DNA from: an uncultured Candidatus Rokubacteria bacterium
GTDB taxonomy: Bacteria; Methylomirabilota; Methylomirabilia; Rokubacteriales; CSP1-6
DNA: 64,000 nt
Assembly (NCBI GenBank): GCA_963789955.1
Contig: CAWBMV010000012.1
Span: forward strand, 128,001-192,000
Direction: 5' to 3'
A model generated the notes under the pieces. That model was not told where the DNA came from. It did no database searches and saw only the letters and a program-made list of their open reading frames with translations. How positions within the stretch are numbered: the first letter of the stretch is position 1; the number at the start of each line of letters is the position of its first letter. The position numbers and the translations under genes are program-made. Shown here piece after piece: positions 10,055-19,288 of this stretch.

Positions 10055-10816
10055 ATGGCTACATACCATCACCGCTGCGGGTCTCGCTGGAGTACTCTCG
10101 CGTCGGTCGCCCTGACCGCGAGCCTTCTCGTGGCCTTCACGCTCGCGGGCACTGGGTCGGCCCCGGTGTTGTTCCCGGCCGCCCCGCCGTCTGGCGGCAT
10201 CGTCGTCGACGAAGCGAGGCTGATCGCCCCTCTCGACCAGGTGGATCTCGAAGGACTTGCGATCGCGCTCAAACGCGACCGCGGCTATCCCATCACCGTG
10301 GTCACGATCCAGTCGCTCTCAGCGTACGGCGCCGCCGGCTACACGATCGAGCGCTACGCCTCCGAGATGCTGAAGGCGTGGCCCGCCGACCCGGAGCGGC
10401 AGGGCTACGGACTCACCTTGCTCGTCTCGGCCGATGATCGCCTGGCACGCATCGAGCTCGGATCCGCGTGGCGGGGCACGCACGACGGCCGGGTTCGAGA
10501 GATCGCGGACCGCCTGATCCTCCCGGCGCTCCGTCGCGGCGATCTCTCGAAGGGGATTCTGGCCGGCGTGCGAGGGCTCGACGCCATGGGCCGGGGATTC
10601 CGACTGCCCGGAGAGTGGTTCGGATGGATGCTCCCCGAGCCCCTGGCCCCCTTGGCTCAACCGTGGTGGCTCATCCCAGCGATCGTCGTCGGCGTCGTCC
10701 TTCTCATCGGCTCAGTCACCCCCTTTGGCCGCAGGAGGCGCAAGAGGCTGGCGCGGGCCGCCGCCGGGCTCATCGGCGAGATCGAGCAAGTCGTGAGAGC
10801 GGAGGGGCGCCGCTAG
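10055..10816 (+). CDS. TPM domain-containing membrane protein
   Basis: VVDEARLI, ITVVTIQSL, IERYA, LLVSADDRLARIELGSAW and GILAGV motifs, plus a C-terminal TM helix. Confidence 0.8.
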   Translation: MATYHHRCGSRWSTLASVALTASLLVAFTLAGTGSAPVLFPAAPPSGGIVVDEARLIAPLDQVDLEGLAIALKRDRGYPITVVTIQSLSAYGAAGYTIERYASEMLKAWPADPERQGYGLTLLVSADDRLARIELGSAWRGTHDGRVREIADRLILPALRRGDLSKGILAGVRGLDAMGRGFRLPGEWFGWMLPEPLAPLAQPWWLIPAIVVGVVLLIGSVTPFGRRRRKRLARAAAGLIGEIEQVVRAEGRR

Positions 10817-10820
10817 TCTG

Positions 10821-11816
10821 TCAGATGCCCAGCAGCCGCTCCAGGTTGCGCCAGAGGATCGCTTCTTTCTCGGCCTGGGTGAGGCTCTCCATGGCGAGGA
10901 TCCACGAGACCGGCCAGTCGAGCGCCATGTCGTAGGGCCAGTCCGTGCCGAAGACCACGCGGTCGGCGCCCACCGTGTCGATCAGGAAGCGCAGGGCCGG
11001 CTCGGTGTAGACGATGCAGTCGTAGTAGAAGCGCCGCAGATACGCGCTCGGCGGCTGGCTGATGTTCACGCGCGCCTCGGACCGGACCTTCCAGCCGTGG
11101 TCCATCCGGCCGATCCCGTAGCAGGTGTAGCCCCCGCCGTGGCCGAGCACGATCTTGAGGTCGGGGCACGCGTCCATGACGCCGCCGGACACGAGCGTGG
11201 CGAACGTCACCGCGCGGTCGACCAGATTGCCGATGCTGTTCGGCAGGTGATAGCGCTTGGTCCGCTGGGTCACGAGCGTCTCGCCGGCCTGATGGAAGAA
11301 GATGAGCGCGCCGAGCTGCTCCGCCGCCTTCCAGAACGGGCGGAACTCCGGCTCCTCGAGCGTGCGCCCGTTGACGTGGTCGTTGATCTCCGCGCCCTTG
11401 AGGCCGAGCCGGATCACGCAGCGCTCGAGCTCGGCGATCGACGCCTTCACGTCTTGCATCGGAAGGGTGCCGAGCCCGGCGAACCGCGTCGGCCACGCGC
11501 GGGTCATCGAGGCGATCTCGTCGTTGGTCTCCTGCGCCGTGGCCGTCGCGAGCTTCGCGTCGAGCTGATAGTTGTAGAACCCGACGTAGGGCGAGACGAC
11601 GTGCACGTCGACCCCGAGCGAGTCCATGTCGGCCAGCCGCTCCTCGGGCGTCCACTTCGCGCGCGGTGGAAGCATCTGCCGTCCGCTCCCGACGAGGGCG
11701 ATCTCCTGGCCGTTCGCGTCCTTCTCGCGGCGCAGCGTGTGCCAGTTGCCGCCGTTCTCGGTGGCCCGCCAGAAGCACTGCGGCGTCAGGTGCGCGTGAA
11801 CGTCGATGCTCCGCAT
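10821..11816 (-). CDS. Amidohydrolase_2 family protein (ACMSD-like decarboxylase/hydratase)
   Basis: IDVHAH, LIFFH, HGGG and VVFGTDWPY motifs. Confidence 0.9.
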   Translation of the reverse strand: MRSIDVHAHLTPQCFWRATENGGNWHTLRREKDANGQEIALVGSGRQMLPPRAKWTPEERLADMDSLGVDVHVVSPYVGFYNYQLDAKLATATAQETNDEIASMTRAWPTRFAGLGTLPMQDVKASIAELERCVIRLGLKGAEINDHVNGRTLEEPEFRPFWKAAEQLGALIFFHQAGETLVTQRTKRYHLPNSIGNLVDRAVTFATLVSGGVMDACPDLKIVLGHGGGYTCYGIGRMDHGWKVRSEARVNISQPPSAYLRRFYYDCIVYTEPALRFLIDTVGADRVVFGTDWPYDMALDWPVSWILAMESLTQAEKEAILWRNLERLLGI

Positions 11817-11847
11817 CGTCTCCTCCTGTCCCTGCTATTCTTGCGCC

Positions 11848-12834
11848 GTGCCCACACGGGTCGCGGCGATCGGCGTCAGCCACTGGCACTCGCTCTACGA
11901 CTCGGCCTACCTGCGCCACCTGAGCGGCATGCCCGACATGCGGCTCGTCGCGCTTCAAGACTCGAGCGAGTCGATCGCCGCGCAGCGGGCGGCGGCGCTG
12001 GGCGATCCGACGGTCTACACGGACTACCGGCGGATGCTGACGGAGACCCGACCCGACTTCGTGATCGCGCTCGGCCGACACAGTAGCATGGCGGAGACCG
12101 CGCTTTACCTCGTCGATCAGGGCTATCCGTTCCTGATGGAAAAGCCGATGGGCATCGACGCCGACGAGGTCCGTCGCGTCGCCGACCGGGCCGTCGCGAA
12201 GAACGCGTTCGCGGCCGTGCCCCTCGGGCAGCGCTATCAGCCCTTCGTCACCCGGGCCCGCGCGCTCGCGGCCGCGGGGCAATTCGGGCCGCTGTCGCAC
12301 ATCTACTTTCGATTGAACCGCCCCACGTCGGCGCGCTACGTCGCGTGGGACGCGCCGTGGATGCTCGATCCCAAGGACGCGGGCGGCGGCTGCCTGCGTA
12401 ACCTCGGCCCGCACGGACTCGATCTGTTCCTGTTCCTGACCGGCGAGGATGCGCGCGTGATCGGAGCTCAGGTCAGCTCGCGCGCGCTCGGCCAGGCGGT
12501 CGAGGACTACGCGTCGGTCCTGCTGCGGTCGACCAGCGGCGTGCTCGGGACGATCGAGGTCGGCAACACGTTTCCTCGCATCGGAACCGACGGGGAATCG
12601 AAGATCGCCTGGCGTGACGCGATCCTGACCTTGAAGGACGATACGCTTCGGCTCACGACGGCGACGGGTGAAGAGACCGCACCGGGTGCGCCGGCCGAGC
12701 CGATCGCCCTGACCGCGTTACGCGATGCGCTCGACCATTGGCGTCGAGGGCAGCCGCCGCCGATCAGCGTCCACGATTGTCTGCGCGCGGTGCACCTGAT
12801 CGACCAGGCCTACGCGCTGGCGAAGGTGCCCTAA
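11848..12834 (+). CDS. Gfo/Idh/MocA family oxidoreductase
   Basis: VAAIGVSHWH, MEKPMG and GGGCLRNLGPHGLD motifs; the GTG start is inferred. Confidence 0.85.
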   Translation: MPTRVAAIGVSHWHSLYDSAYLRHLSGMPDMRLVALQDSSESIAAQRAAALGDPTVYTDYRRMLTETRPDFVIALGRHSSMAETALYLVDQGYPFLMEKPMGIDADEVRRVADRAVAKNAFAAVPLGQRYQPFVTRARALAAAGQFGPLSHIYFRLNRPTSARYVAWDAPWMLDPKDAGGGCLRNLGPHGLDLFLFLTGEDARVIGAQVSSRALGQAVEDYASVLLRSTSGVLGTIEVGNTFPRIGTDGESKIAWRDAILTLKDDTLRLTTATGEETAPGAPAEPIALTALRDALDHWRRGQPPPISVHDCLRAVHLIDQAYALAKVP

Positions 12835-12841
12835 AAGACAA

Positions 12842-12909
12842 TCGCGGCGTGCCGCCGGCAAAACCACTTGCCGCGACACGCCGCGAAATCAGCGCCGCCC
12901 GTCGGGCGG
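12842..12909. terminator. Two GC-rich hairpins between convergent genes
   Basis: TCGCGGCGTG..CGGCAA/TTGCCG..CACGCCGCGA at 12842-12886, and CCGCCC-GTC-GGGCGG at 12895-12909. Confidence 0.5.
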
Positions 12910-12911
12910 GG

Positions 12912-13508
12912 TTACTTCTTGGCGAGTCCGAGCCGCTGCTCGAGGACGAGCCGCACTTCCTGCGCGGCGGCGCGCCAGAGCGGGCCACCCGGAACCGCGT
13001 ACAGCTCACCGACCTGCTTGCGCATCTCGTTCATGGCCTCGTCGGCCTTTTCCTTCGGCGCGATGTCGGTGGTCTTGGCGCGGATCTGCGCGGCCTTGCC
13101 CGTCGCGGCGTGAGAGCGCTCGATCCAGCGGCCGATCTCGTTCCAGTCCTTGTCGAAGAACGCGACGACCGGAATGGACTGATAGCCGTTGTTGAGGTAG
13201 GTGTCGCGCAGGTCCGGTTCCTTGTCGCGGAAGAAGACCCGGAGCTCGCAGCCCGGCATCGCTTCGCAGATGTGGGCGAGCAGCGGCGAGTTGCGATGCA
13301 CGTCACCACACCAGTTCTCCGCCAGCATCATGGCGTACTTGACCTGGGTGACGCCGCCGAAGAACTTCCGCTCGTCGTCGGTCAGGCCCGACTTCGAGTA
13401 GTACTCCTGGGTCCGCGCCATGGTGTCGCCCATCTGGGCCATGTAGTCCTTCCAGGACAGGCCTTTGGAAAAGCGCTGGGCGTCGATCGGAATCTGCAGC
13501 TGGGCCAT
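12912..13508 (-). CDS. Thioredoxin-fold protein (Thioredoxin_9-like, WCGDV)
   Basis: AENWCGDV, SIPVVAFFD and EIGRWIER motifs. Confidence 0.85.
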   Translation of the reverse strand: MAQLQIPIDAQRFSKGLSWKDYMAQMGDTMARTQEYYSKSGLTDDERKFFGGVTQVKYAMMLAENWCGDVHRNSPLLAHICEAMPGCELRVFFRDKEPDLRDTYLNNGYQSIPVVAFFDKDWNEIGRWIERSHAATGKAAQIRAKTTDIAPKEKADEAMNEMRKQVGELYAVPGGPLWRAAAQEVRLVLEQRLGLAKK

Positions 13509-13711
13509 CGAGTCTCTCCTTTGTTGGTGTTCGAGCTACGGGCCCTTGTTATACACCAAAGCGGAAGGCCACGACAGCGATGCCCCGGTGGCCCGGGCTC
13601 GAATGACCGACCGACAGTCTGTGGCACCTCGTGAGACGGAAACGGCAAGCCAGACGCTGAAACCCGGAACCCTTTTCTTCGTAAGCCGTCAATTTTTCAG
13701 GCGCGAGGGTA

Positions 13712-13727
13712 TGGCATACCCGTTGCT
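13712..13727 (+). promoter_or_regulatory. Sigma-54 (-24/-12) promoter
   Basis: TGGCAT-ACCCG-TTGCT, 70 nt upstream of the ATG at 13798. Confidence 0.65.
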
Positions 13728-13797
13728 CGATCCAGTGTTGGTGTATTGCGCGCAAGGTGTCTCGGCGCGCCGAACCCCGGGAAGGGGAGGGCCGGTC

Positions 13798-15035
13798 ATG
13801 AAGACCGCGGTTGGACTGATTACGACGACGATTATGACGGCGATGGTGGCCACCGGTGCCTCCGCCGAGTGGCGGCTGTATGTGAATCGAGACAACAAGG
13901 CCTGGTCGCTGGAACGCGCGTATGTATCCAATGATGATTGCGACCGCGCCGCGCGCACGCTGTATCGCTCGGGACAGGCGCTCGGCGTCGGCTGCGCGGA
14001 GTACCCGTCGCCCAGCGCGGCGCAGGCTCCGACTCCGCGTCCCGCGGACTACGCACGCCCCAACCCGACGACGCAGCGCTCGGTCGCCCGCGCCGATGAG
14101 CCGGCGCGCGTGAGCACGTCGCGATCGTCGGGGCCTCGGGTCGCCGAGTATTCGACTCGAGCGACGACCTCGCGTCAGGTGGCGGTCGCGGAGCGCGCCC
14201 CTGATCCGGCGGCCGCGACCGCGTCTCATCCCGCGGCGGTCATCTTTCCGCCGAGCGGCGGCATGGAGATCCGATCGGACGAAGCGCCAGCCCCGACCGT
14301 CGTCGCCAGTCGGCCGGCACCGCGGAACCGCGGCGTCAGGCCGCGCCCGCGACCGTTCAGCGTCCTCCGGACGATGCGGCGGCGATTGCGCTCGCCAAGG
14401 CGGCGACCGAGGCCTCCGCGGCCGCCGAGCGCGAGGTGGCCGCCGAGGCCGCCAAGCGTGAAGAGGCGGTGACGGCGGACAAGGCGGAGCGCCGGACTCA
14501 GCTCGCGATCTTCGGGGGAATCGCGCTCGTCGTCACGACGGGAGTTGCGTACAGCGTGTATCGAGCGGCGCGGACGAGTCCGCTCCGCGGGCTGGCCCTC
14601 TGCTTGATCGAGCTCGGCGTGCTCACGTCGGCGCTCGCGTACCCTGCCGTCGAGCTGTGGAACCGCCTCAAGATTTCCAACCTGGTTCTCTCGTCGTGGC
14701 TGCCAGGGCTGTTCGCCGGCATCGTGGTCGCGGGTATCGGCGTCATCGTGCTGGCGCTGGATCTCACGCGGAAGTCCACGCGTCCGAAGGCCGCGCCGGC
14801 TCGCGATGCCAAGCCGTCGGCGCCGGTCGAGCTGATCAAGCCCGGCGACCATGTGAAAACCGGCGAGCCCGGCAAGCCCGGCGAGCCCGTGAGGCCGCTG
14901 ACACCGGTCAGGCCGCTCGAGCCGGTCCGGCCTCTCGATGGGCCCGCGCCGGCCGCGCCGGTCGAGCCCGCGAAGCCTGCCAGTACGCCCGCGCCGGTGG
15001 GCGGAGGCTCTCTGGCCGACCGACTCGTCCCTTAG
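13798..15035 (+). CDS. Hypothetical exported/membrane protein with Ala/Pro-rich linkers; frameshifted near 14330
   Basis: GGGAGG RBS, signal peptide (MKTAVG...ASA-EW), a small domain with two Cys, about 3 TM helices and a Pro-rich repeat tail. Confidence 0.6.
14862..14940 (+). repeat. Coding tandem repeats GEPGKPGEP and (PVRPLx)3
   Basis: 9-bp and 18-bp periodic units, visible in both DNA and translation. Confidence 0.7.
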
Positions 15036-15075
15036 CCCGGCGCGACGCTCGCCGCTCCCGGTACAATCCGTGATC

Positions 15076-15770
15076 ATGCTGGAGTTTGCCCACTTCGACC
15101 GGAGGCGCTATCCGACCGTCTCCGCGCGCGAGGGTTACGGCGAGTGGGTGCCGTCGTACGAGACGACGGTGGAGGACGAGATGGACCTCGTCCTGCTCGA
15201 CGCGCTCGAGTCGGTTCCATGGAGGGCGGTCGAGCACGCCGCCGATCTCGGCTGTGGAACCGGCCGGACCGGCGCCTGGCTGCGGGCCCGCGGCGTGCCC
15301 CGGCTCGACGGCGTCGATCTGACGCCCGAGATGCTGGCGATCGCCCGCACCCGCAAGATCTACGATCACCTGGCTCAGGCCGACGTCGGCGCGACCGGGC
15401 TGGCGAGCGGCGAGTACGATCTCGTCACGACCTGCCTGGTGGAAGAGCATTTGCGAGACTTGCGCCCGCTCTACCGCGAGGCGTCGCGCTTGCTCCGGCC
15501 GAGCGGCCGGTACGTGCTCGTCGGCTACCATCCCCACTTCATCATGACGACCGGGATGCCGACGCACTTCGATCGTGCGTCCGGGGAGTCCGTGGCGGTC
15601 GAGACGTACGTGCACCTCATGAGCGATCACGTGACCGCGGCGCGCGCGGTCGATCTGTCGCTCGTCGAGATGCGTGAGCGCCTCGTGGACGACCGCTGGA
15701 TCGCGCTCAAGCCTCGCTGGGAGCCGTATCGGCATCATCCTGAGCTTTCGTGATGGCGTGGCAAAGGAGC
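15076..15770 (+). CDS. Class I SAM-dependent methyltransferase; 3' end disrupted
   Basis: ADLGCGTGRTG, GVDLTPEML and LLRPSGRYVLVGYHP motifs. Frameshift near 15745; the true stop is uncertain. Confidence 0.82.
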
Positions 15771-15937
15771 GCCCTGGGCTGTGCGCCAGCGGATTGCCAG
15801 CTCGACGTAGGACCGCCGGTTCGATCAGCCATCCGCGGTGTTCGGTCTCGATCGTCATCGTCGCCACTCCTCAATCTCGCCTTCTGGTCGCTCGTGTCGT
15901 CTGCGGACATTCTGCTGTCATCGCGCGGCGGCTGGAC

Positions 15938-15952
15938 GCAGCGTGGATGCCA
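15938..15952 (-). promoter_or_regulatory. Sigma-54-like promoter
   Basis: Minus strand TGGCAT-CCACG-CTGC, upstream of a GAGGAG RBS and ATG at 15858. Confidence 0.45.
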
Positions 15953-16321
15953 AGCCGCGGGGATCAATCTCGCCAGAATTTGCTGACGATCGAGTCGGCG
16001 CAGCGGAGGCGTGTGGCCGTTCCGCACACTTGATCCGCGGAAGTCGTGACGTGTTGGACCATGCCTGACACTCGGGCTTCTTGATTTTGACGGCGCGTCG
16101 TCGGGTTCGACCCGGGGAACTTGTAATAGGTGCTCGCCGACCTCACGCCCGCGAGCTCCGATCCAAGTGCGGCGCAGTCAGTGCGGGAGCGCACCACTGC
16201 CCCGCTGCGTACCCGCTGCAGACGAGTCGAGCATTCTTTCGCGGCGCCCCCGGGTCGGCGAGCTTTTCGGTTGGCAATCACGCAGGTGCTGGCGGATGTC
16301 GGCTGGGATCAAGCGGAGGGA

Positions 16322-16447
16322 ATGACATTTTCCTGTCATCGGTGTCCGGCTCGTGACAGGATCTGCAAAGTTCACCCGTCCGGGGTGTCGGCCAAGTCCC
16401 TGATTGACCAAATGTCGCATCGGATGATTTCTGGCACTCCCATTGCA
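16322..16447 (+). promoter_or_regulatory. Sigma-54 promoter module: palindromic upstream activator site, IHF-consensus site and -24/-12 element
   Basis: ATGACA-N6-TGTCAT at 16322-16339; AATCAGGGACTTG on the minus strand at 16393-16405 matches WATCARNNNNTTR; TGGCAC-TCCCA-TTGCA at 16432-16447. Confidence 0.7.
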
Positions 16448-16592
16448 GCCGGTCGCACGGCGCATGCATTACAGGCCATACGCTTCTAGAAATCCTCCTG
16501 CATTTCGTCTCGCGGGCAGCCTCAGTTCCCGTCGTACGCTTCCGGGCGATCGTATCTGCATCATCGTCGCTCCGTAGGGGAGGAGTCAGGGC

Positions 16593-17609
16593 ATGAGCGG
16601 GACCCGAAGTCTTGTCGTTCTGGTGGTGGTGTTCTTGCTGGTTTTCTGGTGGCTCGGGGGCGGCGTGAGCGCCGGAGTCCTGGATGTCACCTGGACGGCG
16701 CCTACAACCAATACGGATGGTTCTCCCTTGACGACTTTGGATGCGCATCGCGTTTACTATGCGTCTGGGACATCGCGCCCGTGTCCAGGGTCTGCGTTCG
16801 TCACGGTGGGCCGCTCTGGATTCAGCGACGCCATCGTGACGTATACCCTCACAGGGTTGACTGACAATACGGTCTATTACGTGTCGATCACTGCCGTGGA
16901 CACGAACGGGAATGAGAGCAGTTGCTCGACGGTAGCGTTCGCGGCCGCGCGGCCAAGTGCGCCGGGTGCGACGACGCGTGCGAACGCTGTCTCCAATGCC
17001 GCGAATGCGAATGCGGCGAATGCGCAGGCGGTGCTTGATACGGACTGGTTTAAGGGCAGGAACCGGTGGGCGCTCGACGCATATAGCGGAAACTGGAAGG
17101 GCTTTGCGAACTGGAACCAACTGGCCATCCAAGGCACGCCGGGCTTTGGGCCTGGAGTCGGTGGCGGACAGGCCAACCGTCGTGATGGGCACCCCTGGAC
17201 GGACAACCAGTGGGCGGAGATCGTCGTCGGCACTGGCTTCATCGGGACCTATGACGAACTCTTTGTCGGTCTCCGTGCTACGGACGCCGAACCTGCGGGG
17301 CGAGCTTACGGGGGAGGGTTCACCACGGAGGGGTATCAGATCCGTCGATGGGATCCAGACGGGACCTACACCGTTTTGGTCGTAGATCCTGCCGCGCATG
17401 ACGGACGCTCCGACGATGTCATCAACCTCCAGATCGTCGGTTCGACGATCACGCTGGCTGTCAGCCGGGGCGGTGCGCCCCTGGTAACGCTCTCGGCCAC
17501 GGACTCGCGGTACCGCGCCGGCGGCACACCGATGCTCTGGATCTGCTGTGGCTACCCATCGACTAAGCGGTACGGAGGATCCTGGCGGGCCGGACAAGTC
17601 ACGCCCTAA
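16593..17609 (+). CDS. Secreted fibronectin type III domain protein with a C-terminal beta-rich (lectin-like?) domain
   Basis: Signal peptide; the Fn3 pattern WTAPTTNTDGSPL..YY..LTGL..YYVSITAVDTNGNES; an Asn/Ala linker; GGAGGAG RBS. Confidence 0.78.
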   Translation: MSGTRSLVVLVVVFLLVFWWLGGGVSAGVLDVTWTAPTTNTDGSPLTTLDAHRVYYASGTSRPCPGSAFVTVGRSGFSDAIVTYTLTGLTDNTVYYVSITAVDTNGNESSCSTVAFAAARPSAPGATTRANAVSNAANANAANAQAVLDTDWFKGRNRWALDAYSGNWKGFANWNQLAIQGTPGFGPGVGGGQANRRDGHPWTDNQWAEIVVGTGFIGTYDELFVGLRATDAEPAGRAYGGGFTTEGYQIRRWDPDGTYTVLVVDPAAHDGRSDDVINLQIVGSTITLAVSRGGAPLVTLSATDSRYRAGGTPMLWICCGYPSTKRYGGSWRAGQVTP

Positions 17610-17850
17610 CGGCCTTCCCGAATACGCCTCCTCGATGGCGCTGACCGACGGCGGTCGGCCATCGAGCTCGTCGGCGCTGAACTCGGCGTGGCGTCGGGTG
17701 CTCGCTAAAGCGGCAATCTGCTGCTCGGCGGCATCGATCCGTTCGGTGCGGCGCCCTTCGCGGTACTGGCGAGCTGGGGGTTGTTCGCGCTAGGCTCATC
17801 GCGCCGGCATACCTGATCCCGGCCTCAACGTGCGACTAAGGAGAGCTCCG

Positions 17851-18846
17851 ATGGATTGCTGCGCTCACGAAGGACCCGGTGGCGGAGACGCGCGGTTCGA
17901 CATCAAGAAGGTCGCCGACGGCGTCTATGCGGCGGTCGCGTCTCCCGCGTACAAGGTGAACTGCAACACCGCGATCATCGAGAACGCCGACGGGGTCATG
18001 GTCGTCGACACGCACTCGAAGCCGTCGGCGGCACAGGTGATCATCGAGCGGCTTCGCGAGATGACGAAGAAGCCGGTGCGCTACGTCGTCAACACGCACT
18101 TCCACTGGGACCACTGGCACGGCAACGAAGCCTACCCGGCGGCCTATCCCGACGCCGAGATCGTCACCAATCAGATCACGCGCGAGGCCATGGTGAAGAA
18201 GGGGCTCAAGCGAATCCAGGACCACGTGCGCCAGGTCCCGGCCGAGATCGCCAAGCTCAAGGCCGACATCCAGGCCGCGAGCCCCGCCCAGCGCGGCAAG
18301 CTCGAGGCCGATCTCAAGCTCGCCGAGTCCTACCTGGCCGAGGTGCGCGCGCTCAAGCCGGCGCTGCCCACGATCGCGTTCGAGCAGACGATGAAGCTCT
18401 ACCGTCGCGACCGCGAGATTCACCTGCTGCATCTCGGGCGCGCCCACACCGAGGGCGACGTGTTCGTCTATCTGCCGAAGGAGAAGGTCGTGATCACCGG
18501 CGACGCGATGATCGGCTGGACGCCCTACATGGGCGACGGCTATCCCGAAGACTGGGCGGGGACGCTCGATCGGCTCGCCCAGCTCGATTTCACCCACATC
18601 ATCATGGGGCACGGCGACGTGACCGGCCGGGAGTGGCTCAATGCGTTCCGAGCGTACGTCTACGACATGGTCGAGGCCGTCCGTCAGGAGGTGGCCACCG
18701 GCGCGACCCTCGACGAGGTCAAGCAGCGGGTCATCGCCAAGCTCGCGCCGCGGCATGAAAAGACATTCTCGGCGTACAACGACTATCGCCCGTGGCGCAC
18801 CGGCGCCGCCGCCAATATCGAGCGGACGTTCGCGATGGTGAGCTAG
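17851..18846 (+). CDS. MBL-fold metallo-hydrolase (cyclase-like)
   Basis: THFHWDHWHGN, AHTEGD, TGD and GHG motifs. Confidence 0.9.
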   Translation: MDCCAHEGPGGGDARFDIKKVADGVYAAVASPAYKVNCNTAIIENADGVMVVDTHSKPSAAQVIIERLREMTKKPVRYVVNTHFHWDHWHGNEAYPAAYPDAEIVTNQITREAMVKKGLKRIQDHVRQVPAEIAKLKADIQAASPAQRGKLEADLKLAESYLAEVRALKPALPTIAFEQTMKLYRRDREIHLLHLGRAHTEGDVFVYLPKEKVVITGDAMIGWTPYMGDGYPEDWAGTLDRLAQLDFTHIIMGHGDVTGREWLNAFRAYVYDMVEAVRQEVATGATLDEVKQRVIAKLAPRHEKTFSAYNDYRPWRTGAAANIERTFAMVS

Positions 18847-19269
18847 GCGAGACGCTTGCGGAGGAAGATCCGGACGTCGTCGCCGGGCCAGCCCGGGAGG
18901 GTGCCGATCACTTCGTAGCCGAGTTTCTCGGTAGAACGTCGGCGCCTGATAGCCGTGCGTGTCGAGGTGCATCTGGTGGCAGCCGCGGCGCCGCGCCTCC
19001 GCCTCGGCCGCGGTGAGCAGGCGCGAGCCGAGGCCGTGACCGCGACGCGTCTCGTGAACCCAGATGGCCTGCACGAACCCGGTCCCGCCCCAGGTCCAGC
19101 CGTGCATGCCCGCGACGATCGTGCCGTCGCCGTCGCGCACGAAGATCGCGAGCGAGCGGCCGTCGTCGACACCGCTCGCGGCCGCGTTGAACTCGTAGAG
19201 CCGTTCGTCCAGGAGCGCGACGTCCTCGCGGCGCGGATCGTCCTCGATCCTCAGGTCGTCATCGGCCAT
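18843..19269 (-). CDS. GNAT family N-acetyltransferase, frameshifted near 18925
   Basis: WVHETRRGHGLGSRLL and LDTHGYQAPTFY, followed by EKLGYEVIG in the next frame. Confidence 0.85.
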
Positions 19270-19288
19270 CGGCGGCGTTGCCCTGTGG

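Noticed and set aside
16098..16118. GGGTTCGACCC resembling a tRNA T-arm or att site
   Set aside because: No acceptor, D or anticodon arms can be folded, and there is no integrase nearby.
17599..17810. Short minus-strand ORF or fragment between the Fn3 and MBL genes
   Set aside because: No clear RBS, ambiguous frame and no recognisable family.
17851..18846. Metallo-beta-lactamase resistance gene
   Set aside because: No signal peptide, and a long helical insert typical of cyclase-like MBL-fold hydrolases. The fold alone does not imply beta-lactamase activity.
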